Origin: an uncultured Eubacteriales bacterium
Lineage (GTDB): Bacteria > Bacillota > Clostridia > Oscillospirales > Acutalibacteraceae
Length of the DNA stretch: 40,868 bases
Assembly (NCBI GenBank): GCA_964371665.1
Contig: CAYJNP010000001.1
Span: 37,862-78,729 of the forward strand
Reading direction: 5' to 3'
Within the stretch, counting starts at the first letter, position 1. Each line of letters starts with the position of its first letter. The position numbers and the translations under genes were made by a program. This document shows positions 8,167-16,532 of this stretch, piece after piece. The notes under the pieces were generated by a model, which was given only the letters and a program-made list of their open reading frames with translations, did no database searches and was not told the DNA's origin.

Positions 8167-11100
8167 TTATTTGAAATTTTTTTCACTAGGAGTTTTTGCG
8201 ATACGTTTTGGAGTTGCTGATTCAATAACTGTTTGTTCAACATCATCAGCTTTTTCTGGATCAACTAAATCTTTATTATCTGCTTCGAAAGATTCTTCAT
8301 CTGGTTTACCTTCTTTAACTGCATCTGGTGCGAAGTTAACTCCAGCTTCACCTTCTGTTTCTTCTTTCATAATTTTACTATGATCCGCAGGAACTTCGGT
8401 TAAATCTTTTCCCATTTTTACAAGTTTATTTTCAAGTTTTTTAATTTTTTCTTGAATTTTATCTTGTTTAACCATATCAGATTCTTTTTGTTTTTTAACT
8501 TCTAAACTTCCAATTTTTTCTTTAATTTTTTGAACTTTTTTCTCATTCAATGCTTCTAAAATGAAATCGTCGATAACAACTTCTTCATTTAAAGCTTTTT
8601 TAATTAAAGTTAAATTAGTTTCATTAGCTTCAAAATCATTTGATTCAGAAAGGAATTCCATAATTAATTCATCAGAGAATCCTTCAATTAATGCTTGTTC
8701 AACATCATCAGCTTTTTCTGGATCGATTAAGTCTTCATTATCAGCTTCAAATGCTTTTTCTTGAGGTTCCCCTTCTTTAACAGCATCTGGTGCATCATTT
8801 GTTCCTAATTCTTCCATTTCTTTTAATAATGTATTAACATTATCATTAGCAACATCTACATATTTTTCTTGAATAGCATTGAATAATCTATTTGCATTTC
8901 CTAATACTTTTACATATTCTTCGAATAATTTATCTTCATTAGCTTCAGCTAAACTTAAAGCTACTTGTTCAGTTAATTTTTCTACTCTATCTTCAGAATG
9001 ATTGAAATAACCATAACCTAAAGCAACCGCTTCTTCAAAAGAACTATAAGGTTTTGCTTCATCATAATCAACTTTTGGAGCTGAATATGGAACTGCTTCA
9101 TCATATGGAACTGCTTCAGAAGTTTTAGATTCTTGTTCAATTTTTTCTACACCTTGATCACCAGCTGGTTCACATGGACATTCATTATCATCTTTATCAG
9201 TAGGAGTTTCACAAGCACACTCTTTACCAGTATCGTTGTTGATAATTTCTTCTCCAACTTCAGTAACTGATTCTTGTACAACTACTTCTTCTTTAGAATC
9301 TTCTTTTTCTAAATCTTCTACTTTATCTTCTAAATTTTCGATTTTTTCTTCTAATTTTTCAATATCATCTTCAACTGATTCTTTTATAGCGTTAATTTTT
9401 TCTAATTTACCAGTATTTTTTTCAGCTAATTTGATTTCATCTTCTTCATATTTTTTTAACTCTTTATCAGATTTCATATCTTTTTTAAGAGCTTTATATT
9501 CTTTTTTCAATTCTTTTAAATTAGAATTATGTTGTTTTGCTGCTTTATCACCTAATAAACCTTTAATTTTAGATTTTAAAGATTCCTCTAAAGTTTCATA
9601 GTCTTCACGGATAATTTCAACATTTTCTTTTGAAGGTGCATAACCACATTCTTCAAGAACTTTATATAATTCAAAATCAGAAACATTTTCGATAACAACT
9701 TGTTCTACGTCATCAGCTTTTTCTAAATCGTCAACAACTTCATCATTTTCTGCTTCAAAAGCTTTTTCAATAGCATCACCTAATTTAACAGCTTCTGGTG
9801 CATCATTTGTTCCTAATTCCTCTAATAATTTAACAAATAAATCATTACTTTCTTTCAATGAAACAAGATTTTTTTCAGAAGTTTTATAACCAGTGAATTC
9901 TAATAATTGATATAAATTATAATCGTTTATTAATGAAGCATTTATTAATTTATCTTTTATTTTTTGTGCTTCTGCTTCTTTTTTATTTTTTTTATCTAGT
10001 TTCTTTTGTGCTTTGGCGTTTTCTTTTTGTATCTTTGCAGCTCCAGAATATTTATCTTCTTGTTCTTTTTTGTAATTTTTTACAGATTCTGAATTTTTTG
10101 CATCGATTTTATTTTTATTATCTGATATTTTTTCATCTTGTATTCTTCTTTTTTCAGATTTTTTTAATTGTTTTACTTCTTTCCCGGCTTGTCTTTCATA
10201 TTTAGCTGTTTTTCTAGATACTCTACTGAAAGGATTAAATGCATAACCACCTAATGCTTCATTAATAGTCTCATATGTTTTTAAATTTTCTAAATTTTCT
10301 TTTGAAGGTTCATAACCGCATTCTTCAAGAATTTTATATAATTCAAAATCATTTAAAGATTCAATAACAACTTGTTCAACATCATCTGCTTTTTCTAAAT
10401 CATCAACAACTTCATCATTTTCTGCTTCAAATGCTTCTTCATCAGAAGGTCCTTCTTTAACTGCATCTGGTGCAAAGTTAACTCCAGCTTCTTCTTCGTT
10501 TAATAAATCTAAAATATTATCGAAAGATTCACCGATTGTATCTAACATATCATCAGAAACTACATCTAATTCTGGTGTTTTAGCATCTTCTAAATCTTCT
10601 AATTTATCTTCTAATTCTTCTTTATGATTTGGATCAAAGTCTGGATCAACAGATTTTTTATAGAAATCTTCTGGTACTAATCTATCTTCATTTAAATCTT
10701 CGAATTCTACAACTGTTTTATAATCTTCACGTAAAGTTTTAAGATTTTCTGAATCAGTATCGAAACCATATTTTTCTAATAATTTATATAATTCAAAATC
10801 AGAAAGATTTTCAATTAATACTTGTTCAACATCATCTGATTTATCTACTTTAACAACTTCATCATTAGTTGCTTCAAATGATTTATCATCTGGATTTCCT
10901 GGTTTTACAGATTCAGGAGCATGGTTAATTCCAGCGATTTCTCCAGTTGATTCTTTCATACTTTTAATTTCAGCATCAGCATATTCTTTACCTTTTAGAT
11001 GTTTTTTAGATTCAACATCATCTTCGTGTTTTTTTGCAAGTTTTAAGAATTTAGGATCTTTCATAGCTTTATCTGCTGCTTCAACATCTTTATCTTCTTT

Positions 11101-11520
11101 ATTTTCTATGATAACTTGTTCAACATCATCTGATTTATCTACTTTAACAACTTCATCATTATTTAAAGAAAAACTTTGCTCATCTGGATTTCCTGGTTTT
11201 ACAGCCTCGGGAGCATCATTTGTTCCTAATTCTTCATTTAATTTTTTTAATTTATTCATTTGATTTTCATCCTTTCCTTTTGATTCGCCAAAATAATTTA
11301 CATTATCTAAATCAATATCTATTTCTTTATTTCCAACAGCATTGAAAACATCATTATCTCCGTTTTCTTTTACTTCATCATTATCTTCATAATTGTTTTC
11401 TTCAGATTGTAATATTTCAGCTGCGGTTTCACTTTCTAAACTTTCAAGAATTTTATCTAATTCTTCTTGAGCTTTAGCTTCGTTTAAAAGAGCTTCTAAT
11501 TCTTTTACATTTTTACTCAT
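8167..11520 (-). CDS. 1117-aa highly acidic repeat protein (candidate internal head/scaffold-type polyprotein)
   Basis: Contains six copies of the module [GT]N[DHF]AP[ED][AS]VK.G...[ED]..F.....[ED].[VI]..[ED]K[AS]DDVEQ..IE. Four copies are followed by a SDFELYK.LEE.GY..S.EN helical unit. Also has a central Lys-rich segment and a CxC..CxC cluster. Preceded by a GAACAAT promoter and a split-SD leader, like the capsid, sheath and protease genes. Confidence 0.85.
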   Translation of the reverse strand: MSKNVKELEALLNEAKAQEELDKILESLESETAAEILQSEENNYEDNDEVKENGDNDVFNAVGNKEIDIDLDNVNYFGESKGKDENQMNKLKKLNEELGTNDAPEAVKPGNPDEQSFSLNNDEVVKVDKSDDVEQVIIENKEDKDVEAADKAMKDPKFLKLAKKHEDDVESKKHLKGKEYADAEIKSMKESTGEIAGINHAPESVKPGNPDDKSFEATNDEVVKVDKSDDVEQVLIENLSDFELYKLLEKYGFDTDSENLKTLREDYKTVVEFEDLNEDRLVPEDFYKKSVDPDFDPNHKEELEDKLEDLEDAKTPELDVVSDDMLDTIGESFDNILDLLNEEEAGVNFAPDAVKEGPSDEEAFEAENDEVVDDLEKADDVEQVVIESLNDFELYKILEECGYEPSKENLENLKTYETINEALGGYAFNPFSRVSRKTAKYERQAGKEVKQLKKSEKRRIQDEKISDNKNKIDAKNSESVKNYKKEQEDKYSGAAKIQKENAKAQKKLDKKNKKEAEAQKIKDKLINASLINDYNLYQLLEFTGYKTSEKNLVSLKESNDLFVKLLEELGTNDAPEAVKLGDAIEKAFEAENDEVVDDLEKADDVEQVVIENVSDFELYKVLEECGYAPSKENVEIIREDYETLEESLKSKIKGLLGDKAAKQHNSNLKELKKEYKALKKDMKSDKELKKYEEDEIKLAEKNTGKLEKINAIKESVEDDIEKLEEKIENLEDKVEDLEKEDSKEEVVVQESVTEVGEEIINNDTGKECACETPTDKDDNECPCEPAGDQGVEKIEQESKTSEAVPYDEAVPYSAPKVDYDEAKPYSSFEEAVALGYGYFNHSEDRVEKLTEQVALSLAEANEDKLFEEYVKVLGNANRLFNAIQEKYVDVANDNVNTLLKEMEELGTNDAPDAVKEGEPQEKAFEADNEDLIDPEKADDVEQALIEGFSDELIMEFLSESNDFEANETNLTLIKKALNEEVVIDDFILEALNEKKVQKIKEKIGSLEVKKQKESDMVKQDKIQEKIKKLENKLVKMGKDLTEVPADHSKIMKEETEGEAGVNFAPDAVKEGKPDEESFEADNKDLVDPEKADDVEQTVIESATPKRIAKTPSEKNFK
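8221..11232 (-). repeat. six dispersed in-frame coding repeats within CDS 8167..11520
   Basis: Copies at about 11101..11232, 10720..10938, 10270..10488, 9598..9822, 8596..8814 and 8221..8349 (aa 97-140, 195-267, 345-417, 567-641, 903-975, 1058-1100). Also visible at DNA level, e.g. cttgttcaacatcatctgatttatctactttaacaacttcatcatt near 10811 and 11114. Confidence 0.85.
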
Positions 11521-11589
11521 TTTATCACTAATTTTACAAAAATATTTATTTGGAATAAGCGAACCAAATTTGTAAAATATTATCTCCTT
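11518..11589 (-). promoter_or_regulatory. structured leader with split ribosome-binding site (acidic repeat gene)
   Basis: The minus strand reads AAGGAGAT (11589..11582), then AAT, then ATTTTACAAA (11578..11569), then a 28-nt loop containing TTTGG/CCAAA, then TTTGTAAAAT (11540..11531), then 10 nt, then ATG (11520). The 10-bp clamp is perfect. No SD lies next to the ATG. Confidence 0.55.
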
Positions 11590-11626
11590 TGTTGGAATTT
11601 TGTGCTTATTATTTTATATACTATTT

Positions 11627-11641
11627 TATAATAGATTGTTC
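11627..11641 (-). promoter_or_regulatory. phage promoter-like motif GAACAATCTATTATA
   Basis: A copy of the 15-nt motif, about 105 nt upstream of the ATG of 8167..11520. Confidence 0.55.
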
Positions 11642-11682
11642 AATTTTTTTACCCTATTTTATATTTTTTTATACTTAAATTA

Positions 11683-11979
11683 TTAAAAATCAGGGGTAAA
11701 AGTTACTTTTTTATCGTTTTTGAAGGTTTCGTTTAGAAATATTACTTTTTTACAATTATTAGAAATTAATATTTCATAATCACTTTCTTTCCAATAAACA
11801 TTCTTAATATTATCAGAAAAAATTATATATAATTCACCATATTCTAAATTATTTTTATATATTTCTGTATAATTTCCTATTAAACCTTCTGGTCTTATTA
11901 TTATTTTTTCTAGATCATAAATATAAGTTGTTTGAAAATATTTATTCATTTTATGAATATCGTCATTATATAAAATCAT
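11683..11979 (-). CDS. hypothetical protein
   Basis: ORF-track frame. I prefer the ATG at 11979 (MILYNDD...) because GGAGGT lies 6 nt upstream and TAATG overlaps the stop of the preceding gene. The track start at 11985 has only 0-1 nt of SD spacing. Confidence 0.6.
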   Translation of the reverse strand: MILYNDDIHKMNKYFQTTYIYDLEKIIIRPEGLIGNYTEIYKNNLEYGELYIIFSDNIKNVYWKESDYEILISNNCKKVIFLNETFKNDKKVTFTPDF

Positions 11980-12719
11980 TACCATACCTCCAAAACAATA
12001 TTTTCATTTCCGGTTTCTGAAAATATTTTCATTGTAATTAATTCATTATTATTTTCATCTGGAAATTCATATAAATCTACAATAATTACAGTATTTTCTA
12101 AATAAAAATTATTTGTTGTTATAATTGGGTTATTATTTTTATCAAAAAAAGAAACATTAATTCCCGATAAACTTCCATCAGATTTTAAAAAATAATTTTT
12201 CTTTTTAAAAAAAGTTAAGTTCTTACTTATTTTTTCTGGAATTATTTCTAAACCAGATTCTTCATCTATTAAACAATCATATTGTGATTGACCTAATAAA
12301 ATACCATTATCGTTTATATTTACTATGTTTCTAATTTGATAAAAATTATCGGCATCTTTTTCTAAATATAATTTATGGTAATTTATTAAAGAACTATTAT
12401 AATTATTTAATAAATTGTTTCTATCTTCATATAGAGTATCAGTATTTCCTTCAATATCTTCAACTAATAAATCATAAACAATAGTATAATCCCAATCATC
12501 TTTATAAATAAATAAAATACCAGTATTAGTTGATTTACTTATTACACCAGTTATTAAAGTTTCTGGGAATTCTATTAATTGAGGCTGAATAACATATAAA
12601 GTAACATCGTTATATTCGTTGAATGAATCTACTGTATTAATGTCATATGAAATTGGTTGGGTTGTATTTCTGATAATTAATTCATTATTATATTTTTTAT
12701 TTATTATATATCTATACAT
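11979..12719 (-). CDS. hypothetical protein
   Basis: 246-codon ORF with a TAATG stop/start overlap with the upstream gene (translational coupling). No recognisable motifs. Confidence 0.65.
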   Translation of the reverse strand: MYRYIINKKYNNELIIRNTTQPISYDINTVDSFNEYNDVTLYVIQPQLIEFPETLITGVISKSTNTGILFIYKDDWDYTIVYDLLVEDIEGNTDTLYEDRNNLLNNYNSSLINYHKLYLEKDADNFYQIRNIVNINDNGILLGQSQYDCLIDEESGLEIIPEKISKNLTFFKKKNYFLKSDGSLSGINVSFFDKNNNPIITTNNFYLENTVIIVDLYEFPDENNNELITMKIFSETGNENIVLEVW

Positions 12720-13063
12720 TAAAATCCAACTCCAATCACTAAACCTAGATTCAAACTATTTTGTATCTTTACATTTGAAATGCTGGTTTTATCAATTTTA
12801 TTCATCTGACAAATTATCATTTTTTTATCTTTGTAATTGAAAATAAATTTATTATCTGCAATGAAAATATTTTCATCGAAATTCTCTTCTGTAATAAAAA
12901 TACCTCTAAATAAATTAGTATCAATATTAGAATTTTCTGATATTTCTTGAACGAAATATAATCCGTTTTTAACATTTTGATCCGTTCTATAATAATCGAA
13001 TTCTAACTTATTGAATATATTTACATCAATAATTTCTTCTAAATAAAAATCCTTTTCATTCAT
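12719..13063 (-). CDS. hypothetical protein
   Basis: 114-codon ORF. SD AAGGAAGTGA lies 4 nt before the ATG. The GAACAAT promoter motif is directly upstream. Confidence 0.65.
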   Translation of the reverse strand: MNEKDFYLEEIIDVNIFNKLEFDYYRTDQNVKNGLYFVQEISENSNIDTNLFRGIFITEENFDENIFIADNKFIFNYKDKKMIICQMNKIDKTSISNVKIQNSLNLGLVIGVGF

Positions 13064-13082
13064 AAAATCACTTCCTTTTTAA

Positions 13083-13097
13083 TATAATATATTGTTC
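13083..13097 (-). promoter_or_regulatory. phage promoter-like motif GAACAATATATTATA
   Basis: A copy of the 15-nt motif placed just downstream of the terminator at 13117..13154 and about 20 nt from the ATG of 12719..13063. Confidence 0.55.
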
Positions 13098-13116
13098 AAA
13101 CTATTGTAAATTTAAA

Positions 13117-13154
13117 CAAAAAAAGAAAGAGAAACCTATCCTTTTAGATAGGTT
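13117..13154 (-). terminator. rho-independent terminator
   Basis: The minus strand reads AACCTATC-TAAAAG-GATAGGTT followed by TCTCTTTCTTTTTTT. The 8-bp stem is 13133-13140 / 13147-13154. It overlaps the stop codon of 13136..13444. Confidence 0.75.
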
Positions 13155-13444
13155 GCAATTTCTTGTAATTCTGCTACATCATAAGATGTGAATGATAACG
13201 TATTTTTCAACGTCTCGTTTCTTACTACTAATTTAAAACTATTTCTAGTTTTATATGTAGCCATTGATAATTCGCTTACTGCGTAAATATCGAATTTATT
13301 ATCAACGTGTTTATACATCGATAATGAAGCACTTGCTTCTGTTGCGTTATCCCAACGCACTCTTCTTTGAAGATTTTTTTCTCCTTGAAGATTTAACTCT
13401 GAGCTTACAAATGCTCTTTTTGTATTTGTATTATTTGTTGACAT
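13136..13444 (-). CDS. hypothetical 102-aa protein in a self-contained cassette
   Basis: Strong SD AAGGAGGACTTA before the ATG, its own terminator, and no GAACAAT motif upstream. Begins MSTNNTNTKRAFVSSELNLQGEKNLQRRVRWDN... Confidence 0.7.
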   Translation of the reverse strand: MSTNNTNTKRAFVSSELNLQGEKNLQRRVRWDNATEASASLSMYKHVDNKFDIYAVSELSMATYKTRNSFKLVVRNETLKNTLSFTSYDVAELQEIATYLKG

Positions 13445-13523
13445 TAAGTCCTCCTTAATAACTCACCCGAATCCTATTCAGTCATGGTTATTCATTATAA
13501 GGATATATAAATGTCTTTTATAA

Positions 13524-14135
13524 CTAGTCAAAATAATTTATTGTTGCTTCCTTCTCCATTATAAGAATATTTTCTTCTGGTTTTAATATTGTATATTTTC
13601 TGCTAGGCATTAAAAATTCTTTTTTAGAAATATTAAATTCTTTATCTGTTATAATTTCTCTAATAAGTTTTCTATCAGATGAAACAAATAAATTCCAATT
13701 ATTTTTTTCTAAATATTCTTTTATTAAATTTCTTGTTAATAAAATTGTTTTTATTTTTCTATTTTTAAACGATTTTATTATTTCTATTTGTTTTTCGTTA
13801 TAACAAATAACTGTAATTTCTTCTATTACATTATTATTTTCTAATGCAGAATTTTTAATAACTTTTTTAAAAAAATCTGTTATTTTGTTTTTAGAAAAAT
13901 TAGAATTATTTTTTATTTTTTCTAATATTTTTTTGAAATAAAATACATTCCCAGAATCAACTAAAAAATCTCTTTGTTTTCTTTTATTAAATTCTTTTTC
14001 ATTTTTTACATAATAATTTTCTTTTGGAAACATGTAAGAAAATTTCAACCAATTATATTTTATAAATAAATAAATATCATAATATTCTTTATTATAAACA
14101 ATATCGTCAAAATCTAAAACTATTCTTCCTTGCAT
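13524..14135 (-). CDS. hypothetical protein
   Basis: 203-codon ORF. SD GGAAGTGA immediately follows the promoter motif. The N-terminal IVLDFDDIV only loosely resembles HAD motif I. Confidence 0.65.
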   Translation of the reverse strand: MQGRIVLDFDDIVYNKEYYDIYLFIKYNWLKFSYMFPKENYYVKNEKEFNKRKQRDFLVDSGNVFYFKKILEKIKNNSNFSKNKITDFFKKVIKNSALENNNVIEEITVICYNEKQIEIIKSFKNRKIKTILLTRNLIKEYLEKNNWNLFVSSDRKLIREIITDKEFNISKKEFLMPSRKYTILKPEENILIMEKEATINYFD

Positions 14136-14147
14136 TATATCACTTCC

Positions 14148-14162
14148 TATAATAAATTGTTC
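14148..14162 (-). promoter_or_regulatory. phage promoter-like motif GAACAATTTATTATA
   Basis: The motif is followed directly by GGAAGTGATATAATG, implying a leader of only about 15 nt. It sits just downstream of the terminator at 14178..14206. Confidence 0.55.
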
Positions 14163-14177
14163 TTTTAATTATAAATT

Positions 14178-14206
14178 AATAAAAAAAGAATAGGTTTCCC
14201 TATCCT
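14178..14206 (-). terminator. rho-independent terminator after the DNA polymerase gene
   Basis: The minus strand reads AGGATAGG-GAAA-CCTATTCT (8 bp including one G:U) followed by TTTTTTATT. Overlaps the polymerase stop codon. Confidence 0.65.
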
Positions 14207-16197
14207 TTAAATATATTTGACATATAATTTTTTTGATCTCTATTAATACAATGTACTGCAAGAGATTCTAACATAATATTTCCAGAAGAAATATTGTTGA
14301 TTGCTGTTGATTCAATATCAATAAAAGGAATAATATAATCAGGTATTTTTTCTATTGTTTTTGGCGTAGCTAAAACATTAAATCCCATTTTCTTAAATCC
14401 TTTATTTTCATCTTCATCCGTATAAGATCTAAAAACAACATTCATAATAATTTCATATTTATCTGGATAATTTTCTTTTAACCATAACATTTCTGGACAA
14501 TCTTCTTTTGTTGAAACTAATTTCATCATATTAATACTATCTGGTAATATTATTTTATGTTCTGGTTCTAATTCATTCCATACCATAACACCACGAACCT
14601 GTGGTAAAGATAATAATCTACTTTGATCATAATTTTCAAAACCATCACATCTTTTAGGAATTAGATATGTTGAATTTCCAGCTTTTATATCATCGGATAC
14701 TTCTTTCTTTATTTCATAGAATTTATATAAAATATCCTTCACAGAAATATTTTTATTTTTTAGAATATCATAAAATAAAATATTTGAATATTTATCTCTG
14801 ATTTTTTCTGCAATAACTGATTTTCTAATAGAAATACCTTTCATATCCAAGCGTTTATCCATTTCATCATCATCATTACAATCAATAATTTTTCCAAACT
14901 CTGCCCATAAATATGCAGCGTATGCTTTTTTAGCTTTCGTCATCATAGTTTGAGCCATTAAATATTCATTTTTCATTTCTATTATTTTTTTATATTCATC
15001 TTCTATTCCTAAATTTGTTGTAAGTGTCCAATAAATTCTAGCCAATGCTTCTGTACAAAAATCTATATAAATATTACAAGATGATAATTCATTTTTTTCT
15101 GTTTCTTTTAAATCATATTCTTTTAATAAAGTTTGAATATGATTTCCTAAATATAAGAAATTTGAATCAGTATCACAAATTAAAACTGAGTTTCTTGTTT
15201 CTTGTAATGCTCTTCTATATCTATCATCTAATATATAATTATAGAAAGTAAAATCAATTACAATGTTAGTAAAATCATCGTCTCTTGTATGACCGTTAAT
15301 TTTCTTTCCATCTTCTCCGATAGTTCCATCTATTTCATTATATCTTTTAATTTTAGAGTTCATTATTTCTCTAATTTTCTTACCTGATAAGAATAAAATT
15401 AAATTGTTTTTATAGAATAATTCTGTTAATTCTCTTTCATCGTGGGTTAATAATAGATTTCCTAATACGTCTCTTTCGATTTCGAAATCGCATTTATTAT
15501 ATAAATAATCAACGACTTCTTCTCTATTAATAGGTCTATCAACATAATCGAAAATATCTTTTTCATGTTTTTCTCTTTTTACATTCATAATAAATTGTAA
15601 AACATCATCTAATTTTTTATAACGACAATTATTTCCTAAGAAGTCCTCCATTGCTATAATTGATGTTGATATGATGTCTTGTCCTGTAAATGTTACAGAG
15701 TTTTGTATTAACGAATTAAAGAATATTGATACATCTAAACCTAATGTTCCATAAAATGCATTCGCTGCAACTTTAAAACCTAATTGTAGTACTTTATATC
15801 TATTATAATCTAGAGAACCTTTTTCCGAAGCTTGCATTTTATTTTTATTAATTCCACGCATTTTACCTAAGAATTCTAAAACTTGAATTATTAAATTTTC
15901 ATCATCGTGTTTTTCAAATAAACAAGCATACCCAGACATTATATAATCACTATTTAAAAATAGATTTATAAATTCTTCAACATTCATAACTTGATTAGTG
16001 TTTTTAACGTTGTTCATAAATCTACCTTTTGGTAAATAACGTTTTTTATATATCTTCTTTAAATAATCTAAAAGTTCTGCGTCTGATAATACATCTTTTG
16101 TATATTTTAATCTAATTTTATCTCTTAAATCTTTGAATAAAAGATACATGAAACTTAATCTTTCTTCTTTGTTTCTATTTCTAATATCTAATCGCAT
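14200..16197 (-). CDS. family-B DNA polymerase, C-terminal part (palm motifs B and C plus thumb)
   Basis: Motif B KVAANAFYGTLG (K...N..YG), motif C VLICDTDSNFLY (DTDS), and KKAYA (the KKRYA-type motif). GYACLFEKHDDENLIIQVLEFLGKMRGINKNKM aligns with T4 gp43 NGWMYDKHQEGIIPKEIAKVFFQRKDWKKKM. No exonuclease domain and no DxxSLYPS motif A are present in this ORF. Confidence 0.85.
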   Translation of the reverse strand: MRLDIRNRNKEERLSFMYLLFKDLRDKIRLKYTKDVLSDAELLDYLKKIYKKRYLPKGRFMNNVKNTNQVMNVEEFINLFLNSDYIMSGYACLFEKHDDENLIIQVLEFLGKMRGINKNKMQASEKGSLDYNRYKVLQLGFKVAANAFYGTLGLDVSIFFNSLIQNSVTFTGQDIISTSIIAMEDFLGNNCRYKKLDDVLQFIMNVKREKHEKDIFDYVDRPINREEVVDYLYNKCDFEIERDVLGNLLLTHDERELTELFYKNNLILFLSGKKIREIMNSKIKRYNEIDGTIGEDGKKINGHTRDDDFTNIVIDFTFYNYILDDRYRRALQETRNSVLICDTDSNFLYLGNHIQTLLKEYDLKETEKNELSSCNIYIDFCTEALARIYWTLTTNLGIEDEYKKIIEMKNEYLMAQTMMTKAKKAYAAYLWAEFGKIIDCNDDDEMDKRLDMKGISIRKSVIAEKIRDKYSNILFYDILKNKNISVKDILYKFYEIKKEVSDDIKAGNSTYLIPKRCDGFENYDQSRLLSLPQVRGVMVWNELEPEHKIILPDSINMMKLVSTKEDCPEMLWLKENYPDKYEIIMNVVFRSYTDEDENKGFKKMGFNVLATPKTIEKIPDYIIPFIDIESTAINNISSGNIMLESLAVHCINRDQKNYMSNIFKG

Positions 16198-16481
16198 TTT
16201 ATACTTTCTTTAATATGACATTCTGTACATACATATTTTCCGTCCAATGTTTCGGTTAATTCATTTTTATAAAAAAGTTGTTCGCATTCAATACATTTAA
16301 TTATTCCTTTTTCTTCTAATTTAAAAGCTTTAATAGGATCATTAAGTATTTCTTTAGAATAATCTGATAAAAATTTAATCATTTCTTCTGGATTATCTTC
16401 ATCTTTATATGATGACATAAAAATATATTGTATTAATTCCTCAATTTTTTTTGCTATTTCTATTCTAGTTTCTTCTCTCAT
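16188..16481 (-). CDS. small zinc-ribbon protein
   Basis: CIECEQ...(17 aa)...CTECH forms a CxxC..CxxC pair. SD AAGAAAGGAAAATAAT precedes the ATG. The 3' end overlaps the polymerase start by 10 nt. Confidence 0.65.
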   Translation of the reverse strand: MREETRIEIAKKIEELIQYIFMSSYKDEDNPEEMIKFLSDYSKEILNDPIKAFKLEEKGIIKCIECEQLFYKNELTETLDGKYVCTECHIKESIKCD

Positions 16482-16532
16482 ATTATTTTCCTTTCTTTAA
16501 ATATTTTTATCAATATACTTTATTGACTCACA

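Noticed and set aside
8171-10205. Plus-strand ORFs from the track inside the acidic repeat gene (8171..8383, 8561..8764, 9236..9601, 9933..10205).
   Set aside because: These are antisense shadows of a long, clearly coding, repeat-bearing minus-strand gene. Their S/F/L-rich low-complexity translations are what the reverse complement of E/K/D-rich coding sequence gives. They have no SD or promoter motif.
8221-11232. The dispersed DNA repeats might be a CRISPR array or a non-coding tandem repeat.
   Set aside because: The repeats are in frame within one continuous 1117-codon ORF. They are spaced irregularly (about 150-1000 nt apart) and diverge mainly at synonymous or conservative positions. They are protein modules, not a repeat-spacer array.
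8167-11520. The recurring A-P-E / A-P-D at the start of each acidic module as phiKZ-type (S/A/G)-x-E protease sites.
   Set aside because: Only three of the six copies have Glu at that position (APE). The other three have Asp (APD). The (I/L/V)-I-E motif at the module end is present in all six and fits the gp21-type rule better.
13524-14135. HAD-type 5'-nucleotidase (for example a dTMP phosphatase of a uracil-DNA phage), suggested by the N-terminal IVLDFDDIV.
   Set aside because: The sequence is D-F-D-D, not the DxDx(T/V) of HAD motif I. I could not find convincing motifs II-IV. The gene is left as hypothetical.
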